A stretch of 64,000 bases of DNA from Azolla caroliniana (Eukaryota; Plantae; Polypodiophyta): positions 8,680,001-8,744,000 of the forward strand of contig JBHGNT010000016.1 of NCBI GenBank assembly GCA_043228905.1, in the 5' to 3' direction. A program made the position numbers and the translations under genes. The notes under the pieces were generated by a model. It searched no databases. It saw only the letters and a list, made by a program, of their open reading frames with translations, and was not told the DNA's origin. This document shows positions 9,015 through 21,084 of this stretch, one piece after another; positions within the stretch are counted from its first letter, which is position 1, and the number at the start of each line of letters is the position of its first letter.

Positions 9015-12000
9015 TTATTCTTCCGTTTGAATAAACGGGTTTACCGGCATATCTCCCAAATACGGTTTAAGCCGGAATCCATTTACCCATTTCGGTAAAA
9101 CCTCTCCGGTTAATGATCCCAGCTGATACGTACCATTTTTACTATTAATTATCCATACTGGACCTGTCCATCTATACCGGAGTTTCCCAGGCATAAGTCC
9201 CATTTTCGTCTGGAATACCAATACCGGTTTCCCAATTTCGAATTGCTCTTCCGATTTCCTTCGATGTCGATTTACGAATGCCTTGATTTGTCTCTGCTTG
9301 TGTTCTAGTGCTGACATTGATTGAATCCGTTCTTCTTCTAATACTAATAAAGCATCTTTGCGTATCTGCTCCGATTCTATTTCATTTAACTTATTCGTCG
9401 CTTGGATACGAAGTGTCGGAATTTGAAATTCGATCGGCATAACAGCTTCAAGTCCGAATGCCATTCGGAAAGGTGTTGATTTAATGGATGTTTTGTACGA
9501 AGTACGATATGCCCATAATGCACTATTTAACTTTTGATCCCAATCAGTACGATTTTCATTCACTATCTTCTTTAAAATTGTTTGAATTGTTTTATTTGTC
9601 GATTCTGCCAATCCATTAGCTTGGGGATAGTAAGGTGTACTTTTCTTATGAACTACGGCATAATAATTAGTTAATTCGTGAATTAACTTGTTAATAAAAT
9701 GAGTGCCTTGATCGCTTACCAATTCTATTGGGCAACCGAATCGACACCATATATTTTCATACAGGAATTTTGTTGTGGATGCTGCTGTATTGTCTCTGAG
9801 AGCTTTTGCTTCAGCCCATTTTGTGCAATAGTCAGTCACAATTATGATATATCGATTACCGGTTCTTGCAGCTGCTGGTTTGAATGGGCCAACAAAATCT
9901 AAGCCCCATTTCTGAAATGGCTCAAGAGGTAAAACCGGTTGAAAAGGCATTCGATCCTTTTCGGTCGGTTGCCCCATTCTTTGACACAAATCGCATTTCT
10001 TACAGTATTCGTTAGCATCTTTCATCACCGTTGGCCACCATAACCCGCTATTCCATATTTTTCTGGCTATTGCTTCTCCTGCGTAATGACCGCCAGCAAT
10101 TCCACAATGTGACTCTGTTAATATGGCTAATTTTTCAAATTTTCGTACTGCCCTTCGCCATATTCCATTCGCTCCTTTATGATACAACATGTCATTAAAC
10201 AAACAAAAATTTCGACTTTGTACTGCAATTCTTTTTCTTTCATCTATTGACATGTGTTCGGCCGGAATTCCAGTTGATAGAAATATCGTCATTTCGGAAA
10301 TCCATTCATCCTCTTTTTCCTCATTCATTTCTTGTGCTTTTACTGTCTCAACCCGAAATAATTGAGTATTTGGAAAATTATCTTTAACACCAACCGCTTC
10401 TTCTCCAGATTCAAGCCGACTGAGATAATTAGCAATCGCGTGTTGTGCTCCTGGTCGATGTATAATGTCGAATTCAAACTCTTGAAGCAATAACGTCCAT
10501 CTGGCTAACTTGCCTGTCAATTCTTGTTTGGAAACTAGATACAGTAGAGCCGAATGATCCACATGAAATGTAAATTTCTTACCCAAAAGGTAATGTCGAA
10601 ATTTGTTCACACTATATATCATTCCCAAAGCTTCTCTTTCGGTTGTTGAATAGTTTCTTTCGGCCGACGAAAGTTTCCTACTGGCATAGTATACCGGCCT
10701 ATACCAGTTTGGTTCGGATAATTGCATTAAAGCACTGCCTATGGCAATGTCCGACGCATCGACGAAAACATGAAATGGTTTGTTCCAGTCCGGTGGTTGG
10801 ACTACCGGAACCTTTGTCAGCATCTTCTTGAGACATTCGTATGCATCTTGTTCTATACTTGTCCATATAAAAGGAACTTTGTGTACTGCTGTGTGTAACG
10901 GAATAGCAATGTCTGCTAGATATCTCATCATTCTACTGTGCCACTGAATTTGACCCAAAAATCTACTTAGAGCTTTAGCATTTGTCGGTGGTGTTGCCTC
11001 AATAATTGCTTTAACTTTGTCTGGGTCCACTGCAATCCCTTCTTGACTGACAATATGCCCAAGTAACGTACCACTCATTACTCCGAATGCGCATTTGGCT
11101 GGATTTAAGCTAAGACGCCCTTTTCGACATTTTTCTAAACATAGCCGTAAATGCTCAAAATGATCAGCTTTCCGACTATATACCGCAAAATCATCTAAAA
11201 ACACCTGCATGAAAGCTGGAATATATTCCCCGAATATTTCCTGTATTACCCGCTGAAATGTAGCTGGAGCTGTTTTTAAACCGAACATCATTACTACTGC
11301 CACAAAGACACCCCATTCTGTGACAAAAGCTGTCTTTTCCTGATCTTCCGGATTCATCCGTACTTGGTTGTACCCACTGAACCCATCCAAGAAACTATAA
11401 ATTTCATGTCCAGCTACTGCATCTAATATCCCATCTGTGAATGGCAACGGAAACGCATCCGTAAATGTCGCTGCATTCAATTTTCTGTAATCCACACATA
11501 CGCGAATTTTCCCATTCTTTTTCGGGACTACTACTATCAGACTCAGCCATGTTGATTTTTTGACGGGTCGAATAAATCCTACTTTTAAGAGTTTATCGAT
11601 TTCTTCTTTTACTTTGATAGCATAATTCGGATTCAACCTGTACCTGCGTTGTTGTACTGGCTTTGCATCTTTATGCAAATTGATTTGATGTTGACAAAAA
11701 GCGGGATCCAGACCTTTCATATCGTCAAACGACCATGCGAAAACATCTTTATATTGTAATAGTAATGTTGTTAATGTCCGTTTGTCATTTTCCGCCAAAT
11801 CTCTAGCAATCAAGACTGTTTTTCTTTCACCATCCTCTACTCCTGCCAAATCGATCTCCTGTAATGCTGAGGCTTGCACTCTCTGAGATACCTTCATTTC
11901 CTTATTTGTAGCTTCTTGTTGCATTCGTATTTCTTTCATTGTTTGCTCATCTATTGGCACTTCTTCGTGTGAGTCTACATATGGTGTTAATGCTTGCAAA

Positions 12001-14525
12001 ATATCTACCTCAAATAGAGGGATGATTTTCTGATTATCATTAAAATACTGACTTTCTTCTTCCTCGTCCAATCCTTCCATCATATTAACTGCTTCTGCAT
12101 GTACAGGTAAACTCTGTTTGCTTGTTGTCACTTTGTTGTGCGTCGGAATCCTGACCTTAGTTTTTCCTTTCCTAAATGTTAGCACATTTTGTTTCCAATT
12201 TTGTTTGATATTAGCTGTCTTTAACCATGGTCTCCCCAATAACAAGGGGTATGCTCCCTGTGTTTCTAACTGCAAAATTACTGCCGAAATCTGAAAACTG
12301 TGTCCCCCGATTATTACATCCAGTTGTCGAAGCAAACCAATCGGTCGTACCGTACTTGTATCTGCCATTCGTAACCAAAACGGACATGCTTCCCATTCCG
12401 TGATTCCTAGTTTTTCACATGTAGCTTTGTTAATCACATTAACTCCCGAGCCTCCATCTATAATCACATTTCCGATTTCTTGCCCGTAAAGTATTACCTT
12501 AATCGACGGATTCTCTTCATCCATGATCGAAGGGTTATTACTTGGCTGATTGTAGTGTACTGCTATTTGTTCGGAACCTTTATATGCAATTAATGCTGCC
12601 ACTTTTTCTGTAAACCTTGGTACTAACTTAAGTAAGCCCGTAAGTGGCAATGACACTTGGCAATCAGCCAACAGTTTCCAAGTTTCTTCCTGTTCCTTAT
12701 TCCCCAATGACTGTTGTACAGCGATGTTCTGGTAAATGTTATTGTCTTGTAACATTCGATTCACATTACTTTGATTTGCTTCGTCAACCCATTCTTTTGC
12801 CGCCTTCCGAACTTCTTCCTGAATTTCCCACTCTGATTGTTTGCTTTTGCTGCGTGTCGTTACTTGCTGAACTTCCGGTATTACCATATTAACTGCTGGA
12901 CCCTTTCCTTTAACCGGACATTGATTAGCATAATGGCCTAGTTGTCGACAAATATAACAAGTGGGTACAAATGTTCCACCAGTCTCTCCATGTGCAAATT
13001 GACCGTTATTAAATTGCTGCTCTTCATTACCACTCGGGTTTTGTTGGAATTGACGTGTAGCTTTTGGTTTGTAAAATTTCTTATTTTTATACCGATTCTG
13101 CCTAAATTGTTCGGTATTATCATTTGGTTGTGCTACATTTTGTGTTATCCCGAACTCCTGATTTGGCGGAAAATTATTCTATTGAAACATTTGATTATTT
13201 TGTGGAACGGTTTGAGTATTATGTTGAAAGGTCATATTACCCGGTTGAAATGCCGGATTCGGTTGAAATGCAGAATTCGGTTGCACATTCGGACAGTTCT
13301 ATTGAAACCCTTGAAATGGTGGGTTACCTTGTTGGAAACTTTGATTATTTTGTTGAAAATATTGATTCGGATTCTGTACGAATGGTGGGTTGGATTGAGC
13401 AAAACCTGGTTGAAATGCTTGAGTCACTTGAGTGGGTTGCATATTTTGTTGTGAAAAGATCTGATTTGGCTGTAGAACCGTATTTTGTTGAAAAGTTGGA
13501 TTTTGTTGTACATTTTGCTGATTTTGTGAAAAATTATTATTTTGATAACCATTGAACAGATTAGTGTTATTTTGGTAACCATTGTCAGTAAAAATTTGTC
13601 GTACTGACGCCGTAGTTTTATTAAGCAGATTATATTCACATTGTTCTACTGAATGTAATTTTGAATGACATATTGTACAATGTGTTCTTAACGTACATTC
13701 AATTGCCGAATGCCCCGTATTTAAACAAGTGGTGCATTGAACTGCTTGACGAAATTGTAACTCCTCTATTGTTGGTAATGTACGTTGTAATGCCGACATG
13801 TCCATACTCTGAACATTGACCGGTGGTCGACCCATTTCTATTGCTTTATCAATTACTTGTTCGATAGTCTGATTTCGAAAATCGAACACTTTCAATGTCG
13901 TCCTTAATGGTTCTTTTACAGCTTCTAGAAAGACTTCTTTTAATTCATTATCCGGAATCGGCCTTGAAATCTGAAGCTGTAAGTTCTGAAATCGTATCAC
14001 AAACTGAGATACTGTTTCATTTTTTTCTTGATATAACGCATAAAATTGCGCAATCAAATCCTTCTGCGGAATTTGTTGATGAAATAATTGTAAAAATTTA
14101 CTATTTAACACTTCAAAGGATGGAAATCCTTGAAGACCGTTCTGCGCAAACCAATTGGCGGAATACCCATCTAATGATAAGACGAACTCAGCGATTTTTG
14201 ACTTATCTTCGGCATCTGCCGACAATCGCTGAGCTCCATGGTTAATCTCCCATGTCATTAAGAAATCCCTAACATGTGCTTCCGCATCTGTTCCTTCCCG
14301 GAACTTAGAATAAGTATAAGGCATATCGTCCCAAATGTCGTAAAACGATACCTCTTCCGTCTGTTTTTCGTCTGAAGGTAATTGATCGGATAAGTCAAGA
14401 AGTTTCGACCACTTTGTGCTTGATTCCGGCTGTTCTTGCGCAATGAACGCTTCCTGCACTGCCTTCGTAACTGACCTTGTACGAGGGCGCTTACAACCGA
14501 CCGGTGTCTCCTCTTCATACGACAT
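9015..14525 (-). pseudogene. Gypsy C single-frame gag-pol with two nonsense codons in gag
   Basis: ORFs 13299-14525 and 9015-12887 are in the same frame; TAG at 13299-13301 and 13179-13181. Three CCHC knuckles, protease IIDGGSGVN, RT FLDGFSGYNQ..FLDD, RNase H VDASDIAIG, integrase HHCC and GLDF..SDQG..ANGLAE; pol part intact (1290 aa). Confidence 0.93.
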
Positions 14526-14560
14526 CCATTCGATTTGTTCTCTGCTTAATTGCAGATGTA

Positions 14561-14573
14561 ACCGGGCGTGCCA
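14561..14573 (-). promoter_or_regulatory. PBS of C (tRNA-Arg-like), 11 nt from the LTR
   Basis: Minus strand: LTR|CAGAAGAAATT TGGCACGCCCGGT; the first 10 nt match the TGGCACGCCC tRNA-Arg-type PBS known from Tat/Ogre elements. Confidence 0.7.
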
Positions 14574-14584
14574 AATTTCTTCTG

Positions 14585-15040
14585 TGTTAATCGGCTAATT
14601 ACTAACTACTACCGATACAGAAGAGTGAACGTCGCTACTCAACGTTCTAACAAGGAATTGTGTTTTACGAACGGAAATATACTATATTAATCGGTAAATA
14701 CCGTGATCGTTACTTTGTTATAAATTAGGAAGATTGCACTTAACAACATAGACAATAGAAAGAACACAGAATCCGTACATGATATTCCTAACTTAAACTT
14801 ATATTACTAAATAAACGACCTTTCTTACAATGCCTTCGGTTCCCTTTTATAGGTATACCGAAGGTCTTTTCTCATCAAGAACTATTCCTACTTACTATCA
14901 AGAATTACAAAATTATCTAACTAACTTAGTTCTCTTCGTTCACTGCTGAGTCATTGATCCGAATAGTCGATCCGAACCAACTCCGTTTTCGACGCTTTCC
15001 CACTTGTTCGGTAAAACTGACTGTCCGGGTCCGGGTAACA
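14585..15040 (-). repeat. 5' LTR of gypsy C
   Basis: Direct repeat of 5643-6098. Confidence 0.96.
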
Positions 15041-15045
15041 GGCAC

Positions 15046-17632
15046 AATGCGCTTCATTCAGGACCTGCAACCGGTCAACAAGGTGACCATCCGTAATGCA
15101 GGAATCGGACCGACCATAGACGAGTTCGCGGAGGCCTTTGCTGGAAGGTCGATCTATTCTATCGGTGATTTGTACTCGGGGTACGATCAGTTCCAACTAG
15201 CCGTGGAGAGCAGAGACATTACGACGATGCGAACTCCTCTCGGCCTAGTGCGGATGTGTACCCTGCCACAAGGAAGGACGAACTCAGTGGCTCACATGGT
15301 GAACGCAATGGACAAGGTGCTCAGGGATTGTATCCCGGACATCACCATGCCATTCTTAGACAACATCCCGATCAGGGGATGCCCGGTGGAGAAAAAGGAT
15401 GAGGCAATCGGGCCGGACGGATGTCGGAATTTCATGGCATCCCACATCGATGACTGCGAGAAGGTGCTACAGAGACTAGAAGCTGCGAGGCTCACCTTCT
15501 CCGGGGAAAAGTCGGCCTTCGGGCAATCAGAGATCATGGTCGTCGGGCACCTGTGCGGACCATACGGTCGGAAACCATCTCCGGCCAAGGTAGAAGCCAT
15601 CTCCGCGATGAAGCATGACTGCAATTCGGTCACGGAGGTCTGCAGATTCTTGGGAGCATGCGCGTTCTACCACATTTGGATCCCGCACTACGCACATGTT
15701 GCGGAACCCCTCTACGGACTATTGAAAAAGGGGCGTAGCTTTGAGTGGAGAAAGGAGCACACGGAGTCCGTACGGAGACTAAAGGAGGCGCTTACGGTAG
15801 CGCCGGCTCTCCGTAAAGCGGTTTACGGCAAGGATGTTCCCATTTGCGTGACGGTGGACACTAGCCCGACCGGGATCGGGTGGGTAATCAGTCAGGAGGA
15901 CAAGGACGGCATACGATTCCCGATCCGGTTCGGGGCGAAGGTATTGAGCGAGCGGCAGCGAGGATACGCCCAAGTCAAGGCCGACAAGGATTATCTGATT
16001 GGGACGGAGGTGATCATCGAGATGGACTGCTTGCCGATACTCGGCATGGTTTCCGGATGCGCGACACCGGACCTAGCAATGCTCCGGTGGATAGCGTACA
16101 TTAAGTCCCTGGACCCGAGGATACGGCACATCTCCGGAAAGGACAACGCCATGGCCGACATGCTTTCGAGGGCAAGGTTCAACGACGAAGACGACATGGT
16201 TTCGGATGACGAAGAAGTCGGCGAGGTCTTCTTCGGGTCGACTAACATAACGACGAAGGAAGGGAACACTCCAGCGCTTAACGAATTTGATGAAAGCAAG
16301 TACGACGGGGAGTGGCTCCAAATCGGGAGGTTCCTACGGACGATGGCGCCGGACGTAGCATGGGCGAGAGAGGAGGCGAACCGGATACGGAAGAAGGCGT
16401 ACCGATTCTTCCTGCGGGACGGGTGCATATGGAGGCACCCAAAGAAGAGAAGCGGCATCCCACTCCGAGTAGTGGCAAAGAAAGAAGAACAAGGGGAACT
16501 ACTGGCGGCATTTCACGAGAGCCCCTAGGCCGGACACCGCGGAACGTGGGCCACGTTCAAGAAGTTGAAGGAGAAGTACTGGTGGTCGGGGCTGTACTAG
16601 GACGTGCATCGGTTCGTAACGACTTCCAAAAGCTGTCAGATGCACTCTGTAGTCCGATACCGGGACGAGCTATGCCCGACCTACCCGCCTACGGTCCATT
16701 TCAAGTGGATGGTAGACTTGGTGACGATGCCAATGGGGATAGGACAGGTGCGATACCTGGTGCTTGCACGGGAAGACTTAACAAACCAGGTGGAAGGCCG
16801 TGCACTGCAAAGCAAGACAACCGCGGCGGTATGCCGGTTCCTGATCAAAGAAGTGGTGTGTCGGTACGGGTGCGTTGGGAGGATCGTGGCGAACCGGGGA
16901 GAGCTGGATGCGCGGGAGGCTGAGGAGTTGTTCGACCGGCTAGGCGTCAAACTCTCCCTCACTACGTCGTACAATCCGGAGGCAAACGGAAAGGTGGAAC
17001 GTGGGCACGGGCTGATCGTAAAGGCGTTGGTGCGTGCATGCGGAGGACAGGTCGGGAATTGGCCGTGACTCCTTCCTTACGCACTATGGGCGGACCGAAC
17101 TACGCACAGTTCGGTGATAGGGTTTATGCCGGCAGAGCTGATGTACGGACAGAAGCCGATCATGCTGGTGGAACGGATGGTTTCTTCATGGGCGGCGGTA
17201 GATTGGAAGGACGAAATGAGCCGGGAGGAGTTGCTGGCAGCGCGGATTCGGCAACTCAAGCGGAGGCCGGAGGACGTGATACAGGCGAAGGAAAAGCTGC
17301 GAGCGGCAAGGGAGCGGAACAAGATCCGGTTTAACCGGACGCACCGGTTGCGACCAAAGAAGATCGAGGAAGGCGACTGGGTCTTGGTATACGACAATAG
17401 CCTCGACAATCAGCACAAGGCGGTGCGAAAGTTCGCTAGAAGATGGTTAATCGCGAACGACAACGGCACGTACCACCTCGCGGAACTCGACGGGACACGG
17501 TTAGCAGTGTCGGTGGCCAGAAAGCGGATCAAAGCGTTCAAAAAGCGGTTTGAAGACGAGCCGGAGCCTGCGAGCGGGAGCGACAACGACGATCAGTTCG
17601 GGTCCAGTGGAGAATCGGAGAGCAACGAGTGA
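15046..17632 (+). pseudogene. Gypsy B RT-RNase H-integrase (disabled)
   Basis: DLYSGYDQF, LPQG, FLDN (YxDD site altered), VDTSPTGIG, H..H..SKSCQ, YNPEANGKVERGH; stops at 16526, 16598 and 17066. Confidence 0.92.
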
Positions 17633-17676
17633 GGCCGGGTTTCTTCGGTATCTACCCGTCTCTGGCGCATACCGGT

Positions 17677-18106
17677 GGACAGGGAATAAAGCGAATTGAA
17701 AGGAGAAGAAGGAGGAAAAAAAGGGAGGGGATCAGGCGCTAAGGGAGAGGGGGGGTGCTGCTGCAGATCGGAGTGTCGAGCTCTCTCTTCTCCTCCGGTC
17801 GTCGGTCTCTGTGGGTCAAGGAGTTCGCCGCCTCTGCTTCATGGACAGCCCGTGCGCTTCCAGCAGAGGCTCTCCCCCTTTGTTTTGTTTCTGGGAGTCG
17901 AGCGAGTGTTGTCTGTGTGTGTGAGTAGGATCCCCGTGTCGGGTCCATCGCCGCCTTGTCGGTTGTAACCGTCAGAGCCGTATTCTCTTGTTCCTATAAT
18001 CTCTTGTTCTTGTAATCTCTTGTTATTGTAGTCTCTCGTTACTGAAATCAAGTGTTACGTTCCATATCTCGCCTTCTCGCTCCGCATATCCACAAATCTC
18101 TCTCTC

Positions 18107-18143
<37 letters not shown>

Positions 18144-18205
18144 CCTCGGTTCAAGACCCCCGTGGTCCCGCCCCTTTCTACACACATGCGCGTAACAACG
18201 CGACA
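17677..18205 (+). repeat. 3' LTR of gypsy B, 5'-truncated (first ~173 bp and PPT lost)
   Basis: Aligns to 2051-2544; ends CGCGACA followed by CCGG. Confidence 0.9.
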
Positions 18206-18930
18206 CCGGGATTTTCTTCAGCTCTACACCATCAGCTTCCCCTTTCTCCTTTCAAAAGTGTCAGCAATTTTTCTGGAAGTGCCCCGGTTTTCCACAATAG
18301 AAGCACTTGGGTCTCCCCATCGACTTTGACTAAGGCCTTTTGGCCGGTATTGGACTCACAGTCCTTCCGGTGAGCTTCTTCATTCAGCAAGCTCAACTTC
18401 ACCTACTCTAGGGATAGATGCTTCCCTTTCAGCCCGGCATTTCCCAAAGTGACAACGAGCATCTCCTAGTTGTCTGAAAGGGATCCCATCAACATCGATG
18501 CTAATACCTCGTCAGCCAGAGGTACTTCTAGAGAGGTGGTTTGGCTCATCAATCCTTGGAAGCCATTGATGTGCTCTACCATACTGGAGCCATCATGATA
18601 CCGGAGCCTCACGATTTTTCGAAATACTGAGACTAGGTTCACGACGTTCTTGTTTTCAAACATGACGTTGATCTTCTTCCATAGGACATTTGCTTCTGTT
18701 TCTTCGCTGAAGTTGTTGTATAGACGCATGTCTATAAAACACCTTATGTATGCGGCCCCCTTCAAATGCAACACTTCCCAAGTCGTTGCATCGATCTTTT
18801 CTAGTCTTTTATCTCTTAACTGCACCGGCAGCCAGAGGTCTTTGCACACGAGCATGTCTCTCATCTTCGACTTCCACACTGAGTAGTTGGAGCCAGTTAG
18901 CTTAAACATGCCATCGAACGAGTCTTCCAT
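18206..18930 (-). pseudogene. Copia A gag
   Basis: ORF 18466-18930, close to copia F gag (57293); TGG>TAG stop; 73-bp deletion relative to the 2545-3114 copy. Confidence 0.92.
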
Positions 18931-18943
18931 CGCTCTGATACCA
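18931..18943 (-). promoter_or_regulatory. tRNA-iMet PBS of copia A
   Basis: TGGTATCAGAGCG, 3 nt from the LTR and directly abutting the gag ATG. Confidence 0.93.
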
Positions 18944-18946
18944 CTT

Positions 18947-19412
18947 TGTTAGGAATCGACCAGCCACAACCGGTTACACGTTCATATTCCTTTGCAGAAA
19001 CCAAGACCTACTACATAAACGAAAAAAACGTGAAGACACAGAGACACCAATATTTTACGTGGAAAACCTGACATGGGAAAAACCACGGGGGTCCACAAAC
19101 CCCGAGAAAAACATATCACTATAGTAGAGAGGAAGTACAAATACGGAACTCGGAGGCAACGACCTGGAGTTCTCCTTCATCTGACAGACGGCTACAGAGT
19201 TACACTCTCACTCTCTCACTCATGATTATAGAGGCAACTACCTCATTCTAACTTTACAATAATGATCAACTACACTTACTAAAGTTTGCCCTAGTTGCTT
19301 ATAAGCGAAAGCAACTTTCTGGCTATTTACAAGTATAGCCCCCAAGGGGCATTTTAGACTATTTGCAATTATAGTCTTCCGAAACTATTTCGGTTTTCAA
19401 TTCTCACCAACA
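18947..19412 (-). repeat. 5' LTR of copia A (466 bp)
   Basis: TGTTGGTG...CCTAACA on minus; GTGGTTTTTCCC..GGTTTTCCACGT motif shared with the F LTRs. Confidence 0.88.
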
Positions 19413-20900
19413 CGGTACTTCTCTTCCCATCCGAAGGGACATGTTTCCCAACAAATCCTTGGTATTACCGTCCTCCGTTGTTTCACCCATAGCCACTTTC
19501 TCAACTATCTCTTCGTTGTATGCATCGGCTTCAACCTTCGTTTTCTTGCCGCCACCTTCCTCTCTTCGGTCTCACGTTGCCTTTCGAACGCAACTGCCGA
19601 AGTCTCTAGAATTAGTGGTGGGAAAGTCTCGATACGACCATCCACCATTGACTCGTTCATAGCCACCTCCGACTCGATGTCATCTTTTGTGGGTACCTCC
19701 TCAATCATGTCCGCCTCGCACTCTTTATCTCCCTCGATCGTGCAAGAATCAATTATACTTACCCCTTTGTCACCCGATGTTTCGGACACTCGTGTCCTGA
19801 AACCTTCTTCCACCTTTGAAGTGACATTCACCACTCTTAATTCATCGACCTTATCCTTGGTCGTCGTTCTTTTGCAAGACAAGAGGGTGGCTTGTTCCAT
19901 ACCATCTCCCATGGTAATATCATATTGTATTTCGGCTTTTATATCGGCCACATCATTCGTTCTCAACCGATGGGAGGCGAATTCCTCCTCATCAATCATT
20001 TTCCTCGACTTTGGCTCCGTTGTAACCTTCTCTTCGGCCTCCTCCTTCGCCTTTAAGGTCTCATAAGTCTCCCTTTTCAAGGCTTCCATGTCGAGCATTG
20101 TCGAACCCTTTCACTTTAAGCCCTCTTCTTTAGGTTGTTGTGTGTCATCGCTTCTTGTTCCCTTTCGACCATCCATCATGGGCCATGTTGTGTCATGTCT
20201 TCAACATACTCTTTCGACTTCAGCCCAATTCTCGGTGAGGCCATTTGCACCATCATCATCTTCGGGTTCGATCACGATTGTCATCCTTTCCCTTCGATCA
20301 ATCGACTTCATGAACATTAGGACTTTATCCACCCCCACCAATCGTTGTTCCTGCTTTGAGAGTTGAGCAAAATGATACTCGAACTCTAGGAATGCTTGTG
20401 CCACACTTTGGTGGATCTTCTCCGATGCCACCCACTTGTCGACTCGCACTGATCTCGTCCTTTCGGTCTCTCGTAATCATATGCCTCTCGTAAAGCTTCC
20501 TCGAAGGACCCCCATGTCGGGGTTTGTTGTCGTATCTTGTTAATTCTCTCTTGTAGCTCATTCATGGCCACCCAATTGAAGGATATCACTTGGAATACTT
20601 CTAATATCCCACGTCGCATCATCTCCGCTTTGTAGTCACCTAGATAGCATGACATGTCATTCTCGTTGAATTGCCCGTTCTGTTGCATGAGCCGCTTTAT
20701 TGTCGTCGCGATCTCTGACATCGCGTTGTCGTGAAGATTTCCAGCTACCGTGAGAAAACCGAATGGAATGGGCAAAGTCGTTGATGTGCAACATGTGCAC
20801 ATGTGATCTCTGTTGTAGCATGTCCCTTATTTGGGCGACGACTCGACGCATATCGTGCAAATTTTCTTGGATCTCTGGTATGATATCAGCCACCCTTCAT
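19413..20900 (-). mobile_element. Degenerate gypsy gag remnant D (same broad lineage as B)
   Basis: KVLMFMKSIDRRERM..GLTENWAEVERVC resembles B gag RVLLFVKSVD..GLTVDWAVVKRVC; many frameshifts; cut by the copia A LTR. Confidence 0.7.
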
Positions 20901-21084
20901 TGCCCTTGTACTTGCTCAAGTGGGCCAATATTATTTTGGGTGTGACTTCAACCACCTTCAGGAGGAATGGTGTGCCGTTAGTCGAGAAGTGTAATGTCAT
21001 CCTTTGTAAATTTAAGTTGTACGGGGCTCTCATCATTGAGCAGAACAGCATTACTTCCCGAGTCTCAGGGTAGTATCCTTTTTT

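Larger units (their letters stand above)
5643..15040 (-). mobile_element. Full-length Ty3/gypsy element C (Athila/Tat-like, non-chromovirus) with an extra 3' ORF; recent insertion
   Basis: 456-bp LTRs 5643-6098 and 14585-15040 (TGTTA..TAACA, 5 differences by eye); TSD GGCAC 5638-5642 / 15041-15045; gag-PR-RT-RH-IN plus ORF3. Confidence 0.97.
1878..18205 (+). mobile_element. Ty3/gypsy element B (GC-rich, no chromodomain seen), rearranged, contains nested gypsy C
   Basis: LTR termini TGTCG..CGACA; CCGG flanks 1874-1877 and 18206-18209; order gag-PR-RT-RH-IN on plus. Confidence 0.9.
866..19412 (-). mobile_element. Ty1/copia element A (Tork/Tnt1-like), 5' half, disrupted by nested gypsy B
   Basis: LTR 19412-18947 (TG..CA), tRNA-iMet PBS, gag MEDSFDGMFKLTGSNY, knuckle CFYCGKPGHFQKNC, protease WVVDSGGSFH, integrase VHTDIC/DDYSRK/DNGGEY in copia order. 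Confidence 0.92.

Noticed and set aside
13179-13301. Programmed stop readthrough in C gag
   Set aside because: The downstream context is AAC/AAT rather than CAR-YYA; two CAG>TAG transitions are simpler.
5643-15040. Idea that C's interior is inverted relative to its LTRs, explaining the plus-strand PBS-like site at 6101
   Set aside because: The LTR TATA-like motif is on the minus strand like the ORFs, and no plus-strand PPT precedes 14585.
20831-21073. Chromodomain-like YLLKWA in a plus-strand ORF
   Set aside because: No other chromodomain residues; it overlaps the minus-strand remnant.
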